Source of the DNA: an uncultured virus (IMG/VR IMGVR_UViG_3300041955_001927)
Taxonomy: Duplodnaviria > Heunggongvirae > Uroviricota > Caudoviricetes
Direction: 5' to 3' (one strand)
Length of the DNA stretch: 20,000 bases
IMG/VR virus record: IMGVR_UViG_3300041955_001927
Numbering within the stretch: position 1 is the first letter of the stretch; each line of letters starts with the position of its first letter. Positions 6,338 to 15,500 of this stretch are shown piece by piece. Position numbers and translations under genes: made by a program. The notes below the pieces were generated by a model. The model was not told the origin of the DNA and did not search any database. It worked only from the letters and a program-made list of their open reading frames with translations.

Positions 6338-9265
6338 ATGGCTTCAAAACGCGTCGGCCTGATTTCCATAAATTTGGTGGCCGGGACGGCCCAATTCAAC
6401 ACCGACATGGCCAACGCCAAGGCCAAAATCGTCGCGGTCGGCGGAGCCGCGAAGGAAGCCAGCGGCCACATGGTCAGCGGGATGATGGCGTCGAGCGCCG
6501 CGATCCGCGTCATGGAAGGCGGCATGACGAACAACCTCCGCGCGGTGGAGCGATTCGTCTCCGGCACGCTGGGTCTCGGCCCGGCATTGCAGAAGATATT
6601 TCCCGTAGTCGGCGCCATCGCTTTCGCCGGCCTCATCGTGAAGTTGGGCGTGGAGGTTTACGACTTCTACAAGAAGGTCGCGGAAGGCCCGGCCAGAATC
6701 GCCAACGCGTTCCGTCAGATGAGCGCTCCCATCAAGCTGACCAACGACGAGCTGCGGGTGACGAACGACCGGCTCACGAACGATATCGCGAAGCTGGAGG
6801 GCAGGCGGCAGAACAATCTCCAGCTCGCGCTCGATGAGGCGCGGGTTACCGCCGACCACCTGGCCGACTCTCTCGAGAAGGATCTGACGGCGCTCAACAA
6901 GCTGCTGAAGGATGAGAACATCAGCGCCTTTAAAGGGTTCTTCACAAACCAGGCGTCGACTACCGACCTGAAGGAGTACATGGGCGGCAGAACCGGTACC
7001 GGAGGGTTCTTCGGCGACATCGCCGAAATAAACGACAGGGGCAAAGCGAAGATCGACGCCGCGGCCGGGAGGAAAGACAAGAAGGCGCAGGACGCCGCGA
7101 TCATCGGGCTGAATACCGAGCTTGAAGAGCGGTATGCCAAAGCAATCAGCCATGTCAACTTTGCGCTCGAAACCGCGCAGATCCTGCAGCAGGAACGCGA
7201 TAAGGCACTGCAGCGGACAGCACACGGGCTGCTGAATCCCGGCGGCGTCCCACGGGATCAGACGTCCGAGATCGAACTGGCGCGGGCCTCGCTGGGCGTG
7301 TTGCGCGCCGGGCCTCAGCTGGTGGAACTCACCGCGACCAAAACCGCACTGACCGGACGGAAGGAAGCCGACGAAGCGGCGAACGCCAACGCCAAACTCG
7401 ACGCGCCTCTCGACGACAAGCTGGCCGCGATCGGAACGCTTCTGGCCGAATCCCAGGAACGCCTTGAGGCGGCCGGCAAAAGCGAGGAGATGAAGGAACT
7501 GGCGACTGCCGGTATCGCGGCGACCAAAGCCATCACGGAAGTCAACAAGGCCCTCGAACGCCTGCATGAAGGGCCGATGTCTCAGGCCGATGAAGACGCG
7601 ATCCGGTACGTGGAAGGTCTGATCGCGGCCAATAACGCCGAGTCCGAGTGGCGCGACAAGCTCGCCGCCACCACCAGCCAGATGGAGGAGCGAACGGCCA
7701 GCTACCGCGATCTCGCCGCAGCGGTCGGACTCAGCTACGAAGCGACCAAACAGGCGAACGCCGAGTTGGCCGTCAAGACTTTCGCGAAGCAGAAGTATGG
7801 CGACGCGGAATGGATGACCGGCCACGCCGACGATATCTCGAAGGTGCGAGGCGACGCGAACGACGAATTCGATGCGAAGCACGCCGAGGCAGTGCAGTCG
7901 TCGCTGAAAAAGCTCGACGATCAGATTTCCCTCGAACAGAAACTCGCGCGTGTCCAGGCCGAAGGCGAGGAAGCCGTGCGGCAGACGACGCTGGCAGCGA
8001 AGATTCAGGCGATCGAGCGGGACAACGATGCGGAGTCCGCGAAGAAGCTCGTGCAGGCCGAGAAGGATCTTTACGCAGCGGAGAGGCTCAACGCCGCCGC
8101 GAAGAACATCGCGGAGATTAACGTGGAGATCGATGCGACCAAGCGGCTGGCCGCGGCGCAGATCGAAGGGGCCGAGTCCGTGCGCCGCGCAGAACTGCGG
8201 CTCAAATATGAAAAGATGTCGCGCGCCGGCGCAACCCGCCAGGAGATCGATGCCACTCGTCAGGAAGACGAGCTGAAGCACCAGGACGCCATCACCGAGG
8301 CGGTTCTCAAGACTGCGAACGCCGACCGCGACCGCTTGCAGGCCATCGACCAGGAAGCGAAGGCCGCGATTCTGCTGGAGGGCACGGGCGCCGATGAGCT
8401 GGGGATCATGATCAAGCTGCGCGATCTCGAAAACGAGCGCCTGAAAATCATTGCCCGGCAATACCTCGCGCGCGGCCGTGCCGAGGACGGCGTCAAGGCA
8501 TTCTTCGCCGAAATGCAGGAATCGGCCCAAACGACCGCATCGATTATTTACGACGCGCTCAATTCTTCCTTCGGCAAGCTCTCGGAAAATCTGACGCAGC
8601 TCATCACCGGGGGCAAGACCAAATTCGGGCAGATGTTCAAAGACATCGGCAGGGAGATGGTGGAAGCTTCGATCAAGCAGGGGATTCACAACGGGCTCGG
8701 GGCGCTGGGCAGGAAGCTGGGCATCGGCAAGAAGGCTGTCGAACTGACGCGCAAAGGGCAGACCGAGGACACGGGGATTTACGTGATTCCGGTCGGCCAG
8801 CAGCAGCCTCCCAGCGGCAGCACGGCGGCGGACGCGACCAAGGGGCTCGCGAACCTTGGCGGCCAGCAGAGCGGCGGGCCGCTTCATGGTATTGGCGGTG
8901 TCCTGAAGGCGCTGGGTGGCGCGCTGTTCGGAGGCGGCGGCGGTGCAGGTAGTGGCGGAGAATCCGTAATCAGCTCGATACAGTACATGGCTGGCGGCGG
9001 CAACGTGTCGGCGGATCAGGCGTATGTCGTCGGCGACGATGGGCCGGAAATCCTGAAGGGCACTTCGGGGACGATCCTGAGCAACTCGGCGTCACGCAAG
9101 CTGGTGGGCAGTGGCGGCGATCACGTCTACAACATCGACGCGCGCGGCACGGACCCGGTTCAGACGGAGATGCGGGTTCGCCAGGCCATCATCGCGGCGC
9201 ATGGATCGTCGGTCACGACTGCGGTCCGCGCCAGTGCAGAGCGAGCGAGAAGGATCCCGGCGTAA
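6338..9265 (+). CDS. Tape measure protein (975 aa)
   Basis: Lambda gpH-like N-terminus (LISINLVAGTAQFNTDM), long Ala/Glu/Lys helical body, and C-terminal MAGGGNV...YVVGDDGPE motif. Position in the operon agrees. Confidence 0.93.
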   Translation: MASKRVGLISINLVAGTAQFNTDMANAKAKIVAVGGAAKEASGHMVSGMMASSAAIRVMEGGMTNNLRAVERFVSGTLGLGPALQKIFPVVGAIAFAGLIVKLGVEVYDFYKKVAEGPARIANAFRQMSAPIKLTNDELRVTNDRLTNDIAKLEGRRQNNLQLALDEARVTADHLADSLEKDLTALNKLLKDENISAFKGFFTNQASTTDLKEYMGGRTGTGGFFGDIAEINDRGKAKIDAAAGRKDKKAQDAAIIGLNTELEERYAKAISHVNFALETAQILQQERDKALQRTAHGLLNPGGVPRDQTSEIELARASLGVLRAGPQLVELTATKTALTGRKEADEAANANAKLDAPLDDKLAAIGTLLAESQERLEAAGKSEEMKELATAGIAATKAITEVNKALERLHEGPMSQADEDAIRYVEGLIAANNAESEWRDKLAATTSQMEERTASYRDLAAAVGLSYEATKQANAELAVKTFAKQKYGDAEWMTGHADDISKVRGDANDEFDAKHAEAVQSSLKKLDDQISLEQKLARVQAEGEEAVRQTTLAAKIQAIERDNDAESAKKLVQAEKDLYAAERLNAAAKNIAEINVEIDATKRLAAAQIEGAESVRRAELRLKYEKMSRAGATRQEIDATRQEDELKHQDAITEAVLKTANADRDRLQAIDQEAKAAILLEGTGADELGIMIKLRDLENERLKIIARQYLARGRAEDGVKAFFAEMQESAQTTASIIYDALNSSFGKLSENLTQLITGGKTKFGQMFKDIGREMVEASIKQGIHNGLGALGRKLGIGKKAVELTRKGQTEDTGIYVIPVGQQQPPSGSTAADATKGLANLGGQQSGGPLHGIGGVLKALGGALFGGGGGAGSGGESVISSIQYMAGGGNVSADQAYVVGDDGPEILKGTSGTILSNSASRKLVGSGGDHVYNIDARGTDPVQTEMRVRQAIIAAHGSSVTTAVRASAERARRIPA

Positions 9266-9864
9266 TGGTCTTCGGATGGAACCTCGTTCCGATGCCGGCG
9301 GTTCCCGCGGCGCCAGCCTCGATTGAGTATCTGGCGGTCGATACCGTCGCCCTCGCAACCTCTGTCTTTACCGGCCAACAGCAGACGCAGGACTGGCAGG
9401 CGGGCTGGATGGAGTGGACGGTTACGATGCCGGCCATGCCGCACGCACTGGCGCAAGCCTGGATAGCCTGGCTGCTCGGTTTGCGGGGCATTGCCGGTGT
9501 GTTTCAGATCGGAGATCCGCTGGCCGCGCAGCCGCAGGGAACAGGGGCAGGCGCTCCGATTGTGGTGGGGTCGGGGCAGACGGGGGTGCTCCTGAATACC
9601 ACCGGTTGGGTCGGCGCTGGCGCACTCCTGCCGGGCGACTATCTGCAGATCGGATACCGCCTCTATCGCTGCCTCTCGACGGTGAATAATGGCGCTCAGA
9701 CGCTGAGCATCTGGCCGCAGATCCGGGAGTCGCCTCCCGATGGCACGGCAATCGTGGTTTTCAACACGCAAGGACTCTTCCGGCTAAAAGGCAATCCCCG
9801 CAAGTGGTCGGTCTCGGATAACCGCACGTATGGCATCCAGTTCGATGTTCGGGAAGCGATCTGA
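9265..9864 (+). CDS. Distal tail (Dit)-like protein
   Basis: Coupled to the TMP. S.FTGQQQ..W...W...VT.P.M, AWLLGLRG, L.PGDY.QIG and terminal F...EAI pattern. Confidence 0.8.
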   Translation: MVFGWNLVPMPAVPAAPASIEYLAVDTVALATSVFTGQQQTQDWQAGWMEWTVTMPAMPHALAQAWIAWLLGLRGIAGVFQIGDPLAAQPQGTGAGAPIVVGSGQTGVLLNTTGWVGAGALLPGDYLQIGYRLYRCLSTVNNGAQTLSIWPQIRESPPDGTAIVVFNTQGLFRLKGNPRKWSVSDNRTYGIQFDVREAI

Positions 9865-10439
9865 TGCGCGCCATGTCTTCGGCCATGCTGGCCGCGATCA
9901 CGTCTCCCGGCATTCAGCCGGCGTTCTTCGTGATGGCCACGTTTGCCACGGGACCCGTTTATCTCTGGAGCGGCATTGGCAGCATCGTGTGGAACGGCCA
10001 TACCTGGCTGGGCGTGGGAACGCTGGGGTCCATCTCGGTCGCCGAAGAAGGATCGACCGTTGAGGCAAAGGGAATCACCATCGGACTGAGCGGCTTCGAT
10101 TCCAGCTTCCTCACGGCCGTCCTCGGTGAGTTTCAACTTGGCCTGCCGGTCGTGGTCTACCTTGGGCTGTTCGCCGACGGTGCGCTGATCGCGAGCCCGA
10201 TCACGGCATGGGCCGGCCGCATGGATCAACCGACGATTACGGTCGGCGGAGAAACGGCGGACATCAAAATCAGCTGCGAAAACAGGCTGATCGACCTGAA
10301 CACTTCGGTCCAGCGGCGCTATACGAACGACGACCAGCAGTTGGTAGCACCCGGCGATCTCGGTCTCAGCTTCCAGTCTGGAATCCAGGAGGTGGTCATC
10401 TACTGGGGTGTAATACCCAACAGCAAAAACAATGTCTGA
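9864..10439 (+). CDS. Tail tip/hub protein (gpL- or DUF2163-like position)
   Basis: LWSG.G.I.WNG.TWLG.G.LGSIS, GRMDQ..I and RRYT..DQQ...PGD.G...IYWG. Synteny between Dit and the NlpC-like gene. Confidence 0.78.
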   Translation: MRAMSSAMLAAITSPGIQPAFFVMATFATGPVYLWSGIGSIVWNGHTWLGVGTLGSISVAEEGSTVEAKGITIGLSGFDSSFLTAVLGEFQLGLPVVVYLGLFADGALIASPITAWAGRMDQPTITVGGETADIKISCENRLIDLNTSVQRRYTNDDQQLVAPGDLGLSFQSGIQEVVIYWGVIPNSKNNV

Positions 10440-10459
10440 TGACCCGCCTTCCGAACTGG
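10427..10459 (+). repeat. Direct repeat B, copy 1 (stop of hub gene plus abortive start MTRLPNW of the NlpC-like gene)
   Basis: aaacaatgtctgatgacccgccttccgaactgg vs aaacaacatctgatgatccggcttccgaactgg at 12063-12095: 29/33 identical, no gaps. Confidence 0.9.
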
Positions 10460-10503
10460 GTCCCGTCGCGCATCCGGTTCATCGCAGTATTCATAGCGCG
10501 CCA

Positions 10504-10911
10504 TCATCGATCGCCCGGCCGGCGTAGGCCGCCAGACTTCAGCCAGTCGTCAAACTCCGCGGCGAGCTGCGCGTCTCGTTGTTTTCCCTCGGGGGGAAGT
10601 CGCGTAACTGCGGCCAATCGTGAGACCGCCGCGGCGAGGCGAGGAAAAAATATCATGTCGTTTGGTTTGGTGCGGTAGTCGTCATTTGGGACGAAATTGC
10701 GTCCTGCGCTCACAACGTAACATTCTGAAAGCAGTTCGTTGGGATTAGGGCAGTTCAAGCCTTCAAGCGAATTTCTAGCCTTCCTACGAATCTGACTGAT
10801 AGATTCCCCGCCAGAGAAGGAAATCCAGAATGGGGTTTCCCGCTCCGAGGCTGGCGGTTTCGCCTCCGGGGCTGTGCGCCTTCCTAACAATCGTCTCAAG
10901 AGAGAGAACAT
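10504..10911 (-). CDS. Hypothetical protein (135 aa, MFSLLRRLLGRR...), cassette cargo
   Basis: AAGGGA upstream of ATG 10911 on the minus strand, with a TATAGT -10-like hexamer further upstream. No family recognised. Confidence 0.6.
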   Translation of the reverse strand: MFSLLRRLLGRRTAPEAKPPASERETPFWISFSGGESISQIRRKARNSLEGLNCPNPNELLSECYVVSAGRNFVPNDDYRTKPNDMIFFPRLAAAVSRLAAVTRLPPEGKQRDAQLAAEFDDWLKSGGLRRPGDR

Positions 10912-10944
10912 AAGCTGGCGAGTTCCCTTAAAGTTGATACTATA

Positions 10945-10984
10945 CGACTCGCGCGGCGGACGGGCGGGTCGCGTTTTTTTATTT
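10945..10984 (+). terminator. Possible intrinsic terminator on the + strand
   Basis: Stem CGACTCGC (10945-10952) / GCGGGTCG (10964-10971) with one G-U pair and an 11-nt loop, followed by CGTTTTTTTATTT. Confidence 0.45.
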
Positions 10985-11117
10985 CGAGTTTCGCATGGGC
11001 GCGCCAATGCAAGGGTTCGCCCCGGTTGCCACCCAATGACAGACTTCCTCTGATGTTCTCTTGCTCCAGAAGCTCCGGGCGGCACTCGGCCCATGTCGCT
11101 GCCGGTGACCTTTGATC

Positions 11118-11939
11118 TCAGTCGGTGGTTTCAGGTCCACCGACGCCGCACTCATTGAGTTTCCTGGTTAGTTCACCCCTGAAGTCATAGGACTTACCGC
11201 GACGCGCATCCGGCCGGACGAGAAAAACGGCTTGCGTGTTCTGGCCCAGTCTAGCGGTTGCAACAATCGGCCCCTCATCTTTGTATTGGATATCCCTGAT
11301 GTGCAACGGCTCATGAAATGGTGCGGACCACTCTAACGATCTCTTCGTCAAAGAATTTACTTCGGTAATGAATACGGCGACGCGAGGTCTCCAAGCCTCA
11401 AGGGTTGAAGCAAGCAGGTTCGCGGATTCTGCTAGTTGGGCTCTACTGAGTATCTCGCCGGGATTGCCGCTTTCATGGCTGACTGGATACAAATTCGTCC
11501 AAGCGATCGTCTCTTCCCAGTTTGCAGACAGGTCTGGCCCTGCCAGGTCCATTGCAAAGCCTGCGACGGTACTCCAGAACCTCCCGATTTTGGAATTGTC
11601 CGTAACGCCAAGGCTTGAGCAGCGCCTGTGTCGAACCCAGTGCATTGGCCCGCAGTCAGGTTGGCCATCGATCATCTGCGCGTCTGCAGTACACACATGC
11701 ACGGCAAGAATCCGCCTTACTAAATTGACCCTCTGGTCCGGATCATCAGCTTCTTGCTTACAGAACTCGATTGGCCATCCGTTCGGCGCGCGTCCGATTA
11801 CGGCAAGCCCTTTACCCGTCACGTATCTCGAACCTTGGATGCTCCGAACGGCACAGTATTTCTTCGTGGGAATCAGTTTTGGCGCAATGCGGGTCAGTAG
11901 GCGCTCCCAAATCTCGGCATCATTGTGTCCTGCGGCCAT
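11118..11939 (-). CDS. Uracil-DNA-glycosylase-superfamily-like protein (273 aa), cassette cargo
   Basis: GGAG RBS before ATG 11939. Ordered motifs LAVIGRAPNGW, RFWSTV, IAWTNLYPV, LEAWRPRVAVFIT and FLVRPD match the UDG-like fold layout, with the last one in place of the usual HP motif. Confidence 0.65.
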   Translation of the reverse strand: MAAGHNDAEIWERLLTRIAPKLIPTKKYCAVRSIQGSRYVTGKGLAVIGRAPNGWPIEFCKQEADDPDQRVNLVRRILAVHVCTADAQMIDGQPDCGPMHWVRHRRCSSLGVTDNSKIGRFWSTVAGFAMDLAGPDLSANWEETIAWTNLYPVSHESGNPGEILSRAQLAESANLLASTLEAWRPRVAVFITEVNSLTKRSLEWSAPFHEPLHIRDIQYKDEGPIVATARLGQNTQAVFLVRPDARRGKSYDFRGELTRKLNECGVGGPETTD

Positions 11940-12062
11940 GATTCTCCAGTGTAAACAGAAGTCGCGGTCGTGAGCGCCATATGGTCGGAAAACGCCCATC
12001 GCCGAAGTGAATCCGCCGACTCTTCTCTTCCGGCTCGAAGCGGCAGACCGCAAAGTTTCCCC

Positions 12063-12095
12063 AAACAACATCTGATGATCCGGCTTCCGAACTGG
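12063..12095 (+). repeat. Direct repeat B, copy 2 (orphan NNI* gene end plus functional start MIRLPNW)
   Basis: 29/33 identity to 10427-10459. Retains the TGATG stop/start overlap. Confidence 0.9.
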
Positions 12096-12503
12096 CAGAG
12101 CAACCTGGAGCGGTTCTTCCTTGCGCACGCCGCAGACCGCTTCGCTTATGGCTCCTGGGATTGCTGTCTGTTCGTTTGCTCCGCAATCGAGGCGATGACC
12201 GGCATCGATCCCGCCGCCTCCTTTCGCGGTAATTACCGAACACAGGCCGAAGCGATGAGCGCGGTCAGGGCCTACGCCGGAACGGCTTCGGTTCGAGCGC
12301 TGGCGCGCAAGGTAACCGCGGAATTCGGGATGCAGCCTGTCCCGCTGCCGCTCGTGCGCCGGGGCGATTTGGTGCTGTTCAAGAGGGCGCGCGGTTACTC
12401 GCTGGGCATCCTCTCGCTGAACGGCATCGACGTCACCGCGCTCGGCGCCAAAGGGTACTTTCAGGTTCCTCTCAGTGCCGCCCAATCGGGCTGGCGCGTG
12501 TAA
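12075..12503 (+). CDS. NlpC/P60-like (DUF6950-type, gpK-position) tail assembly protein (142 aa)
   Basis: RLPNW...L..F, FAYGSWDCCLF...IEAMTG.DP...FRG.Y, RRGDLV and terminal WRV. The Cys is present but no obvious catalytic His. Confidence 0.85.
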   Translation: MIRLPNWQSNLERFFLAHAADRFAYGSWDCCLFVCSAIEAMTGIDPAASFRGNYRTQAEAMSAVRAYAGTASVRALARKVTAEFGMQPVPLPLVRRGDLVLFKRARGYSLGILSLNGIDVTALGAKGYFQVPLSAAQSGWRV

Positions 12504-12507
12504 AACA

Positions 12508-15500
12508 ATGTCCAAATTTATAGGAATCATCGTCGGGGCCATCGCCATAACGGTCGGCGTGCTGATCGACATTGGGACCTTCGGCCTCCTGACTCCGGTG
12601 CTCATCGCCGTAGCCGGGGCACTCCTGACGGCAGGCGCAGGGCTTGTGCTGTCGGGCATCGGCACGCTGATATCCGGTTCCGCCGGAACATCACCAGGCA
12701 TCGCGTGGGCCACCCGCAACCCCATCGCCCCATGGGGCGTGACTTACGGGCGCGCCGTGGTGGGCGGCATTGTCGTGTTCATCAACGAGTTCGGTGATTC
12801 CGACAAGTACCTCGACATGGTGATCATTCTCGCTTCGCATGCCTGCCAGAGCGTCGATTCACTTCTCTTCGATAAGCAGCTTGTCCAGCTCTCCACGGGC
12901 GGAGGCGCCTTCACCGGCATAGGCGATAGTTTCAGCCCGGTCCAGCAAACCGTCAACATCACCCACATCACGCGGGCGAACAACGTCGTTACCGTCACCC
13001 TCGCCGCCAACATCCCGCTCCTCCAACCGGGCGACAAGGTCGTCATCGGCGGCGCGCTCACCGGCGATTACACACTTCAGGGACGCTGGCCCGTGGAGCA
13101 GATTATCAGCCGTACGGTGGGCTCGCCGGGCAGCATCGTCTTCACTTACATTTCGGGTGGTCTTCCCTCCATCGTCGATAACGAGGGCACCTGCACCACG
13201 ACCTGGGCCGACTACGGGAAGAAGATCCACATGGAGGTCATGCTCGGGACGCAGGCGCTCGGGACAACCTTCCCCGGGATGCTCTACGGGACCGCATCCG
13301 ATGGCGATGTCACTAATCTCGTTCAGAACACTTCGAACCCGTGGACGGCCAATTGCAGCCTGGTCGGGAAGACCGCCGTCTTTCTGCGGCTGCATTACGA
13401 CGCGACGGTTTTCAGCGGTGGTCTGCCCGCCATCAGCTTCATGATCCACGGCAAGAACGACATCTACGATCCTCGAACCAGCCCGCCGACCTACGGATAT
13501 ACCGAGAACGCCGCGCTCTGCATCGCCGATTACCTCTCGAACACCACCTGGGGATTCAAGGCTGTTTACGGGACGGAGATCCCCATCGCCCCGCTCATCG
13601 CGCAAGCGAACATCTGCGATGAGGACCAGCCACTGGCCGTAGGCGGCGGGACGCCTTATGTGACGGGAACGGTGTCGGCGACGAATGGGTCAACCGCCGT
13701 AGTCGGATCCGGGACGGTCTGGGTCTCCGGCATGGTCGGCGGCGCCATCGTGATCGAAGGCTTCCCCTGCACCATTCAGGCGGTCGCGGATGCAACGCAT
13801 CTGACGCTGCTCGAGGAATTCGGCGGGGTGACAGGCTCGGCGCTGGTTTATTCGATGATGTACAACGGCGGAACCGAGCCGCGCTATACCTGCAACGGGA
13901 GCTTCGATCTGGGGCGCGGGCGGGGTGAAATTCTCCAGAACCTGCTTACCTGCTGCGGTGGCCGGCTCACTTATTCGGGCGGTCAGTTCGGGATCTGGGC
14001 TGCCGTGTGGTACGGCTCCTCTCCCGCGCCTGAGCCCGGTGTGGGCGCGATGACCGCACGCCTGGTCTGGAAGCCCACGGTCAGCGTGCGCGACCTCTAC
14101 AACGGCGTCAAGGGCACTTACATCTGTCCCGCGAATAACTGGCACCCGGCCGACATTCCGCCTTATGCGCAGGACGCCACGCATGGTTACAACGGACCGG
14201 CCGGCTTTTCCGGCGATTCCAATCTCGCGGCCGATGGCGGCGACCGGCGCTGGCTCGACATGCAACTACCGTTCACGATCTCCACGGCAACCGCGCAGCG
14301 GCTTTGCAAGATCGAGTTGCTCCGGAGGCGGCAGCAGGGAACCGGCACATTCCGTTACAACATGGTGGGCTACCAGTTCACCGTGATGGACGTCATTTCG
14401 ATGACCCTCCCGCTGTTCGGCTGGACGGGCAAAACGCTCGAAATTCTGGCCCACCGCTTCATCGTCGATAAACAGCAGCAGGCGAAAGGCGAAGACCTTT
14501 CCGTGCTCGGTACCGAGATCGACGTGCAGGAAACGGACGCTTCCGTCTATGACTGGAGCGCATCCGAAGAACTGACTCCCGAGGGCTACCAGCAACCGTT
14601 CTTGCCGAATCCGTTCACTCCGGCGCTTCCGACAAACCTTGTCCTAGAGAGCGACGACTCAACGGTGATCGTGTCGCTCGGGGCGCTCGCCGATTCGATT
14701 CTTGTCTCATGGGATGCGCCTCTCGATGGCTATGTCACGGAAGGTGGTCATATCGAAGTCCAGTACCAGGGTGTTCTGCTTTACGCGGCCGGCACCGTGA
14801 GCGCGACCACCGGCCTGAACGCAGTTGTCGGGGTTGGGACGGCCTTTACCGCGCTGATGGAAGGCGGCTCGATTACCATCAACGGCGTTACTCAGACGAT
14901 CGGGGCGGTTGCCGATGCTACGCACCTGAGCCTTGTGGCTGTTTTCACCGGGCCGACCGCGGCCGTGCAGCCTTTCTCTATTGCGTACAGCACCGCCTGG
15001 GTTGGGCTTCCCAGCGTCAATCCCACGGTCACCGCGCTCTCGATAACCGGCGTGGTGGATGGCACCACTTACAATGTGCAAATCCGTTCGGTCAATGGGG
15101 GAGGCGCGCCGTCCGCGTGGGTCGCGGCCAGCGTGACGGCTGCCGGCATCAATGAGCCCATCGCTTACAGGCCGTTCGCGGAGGAGTATCTGTTTGCGCC
15201 CACGACTTACGGACCTTCCCTTGTTCAAGTGGTCGATGACGGCGGTCAGAGCATCGAGGTTAATGGAACGAGGCCTGTCTCTCTGCTCTCGCAAGCCGTT
15301 GCGGCGCCGGTGATCGACGATTATGCAGTGATCTCGCCGCACACCGGCAGCGCATTGATTTGGGGCGCGCAGATCGCGCAGGTTTTCCCAATCGACGCAT
15401 CGGGGCTTTACGGTCCCGGTTCGAAGTTCACCGAATTCACTGTCACCGCCGCAAATCAAAGGGTCAGTTTCGGCGTTACCTTCAGCGCGGGAACGGTCGG

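Larger units (their letters stand above)
10460..12062 (-). mobile_element. Moron-like accessory cassette (about 1.6 kb, two antisense genes, lower GC) bounded by repeat B
   Basis: Interrupts the hub/NlpC gene junction and is opposite in orientation. Sampled lines 10741-10800 and 11281-11340 are both 28/60 GC (47%), against about 65% in the TMP. No recombinase is encoded. Confidence 0.85.

Noticed and set aside
6344..8887. 847-aa antisense ORF, and similar long minus-strand ORFs such as 2862-4490 and 1591-2991
   Set aside because: Shadow ORFs opposite well-supported high-GC3 genes. They have no recognisable motifs.
10439..10678. ORF starting MTRLPNW after the hub gene as a real gene
   Set aside because: Only the first 7 codons match the NlpC-like start (repeat B). 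The rest is antisense to the cargo gene and looks like read-through junk.
11940..12725. N-terminal extension of the 535-aa minus ORF in the track
   Set aside because: It overlaps the NlpC-like and gpJ-like genes antisense and crosses the cassette boundary. The RBS-supported start is 11939.
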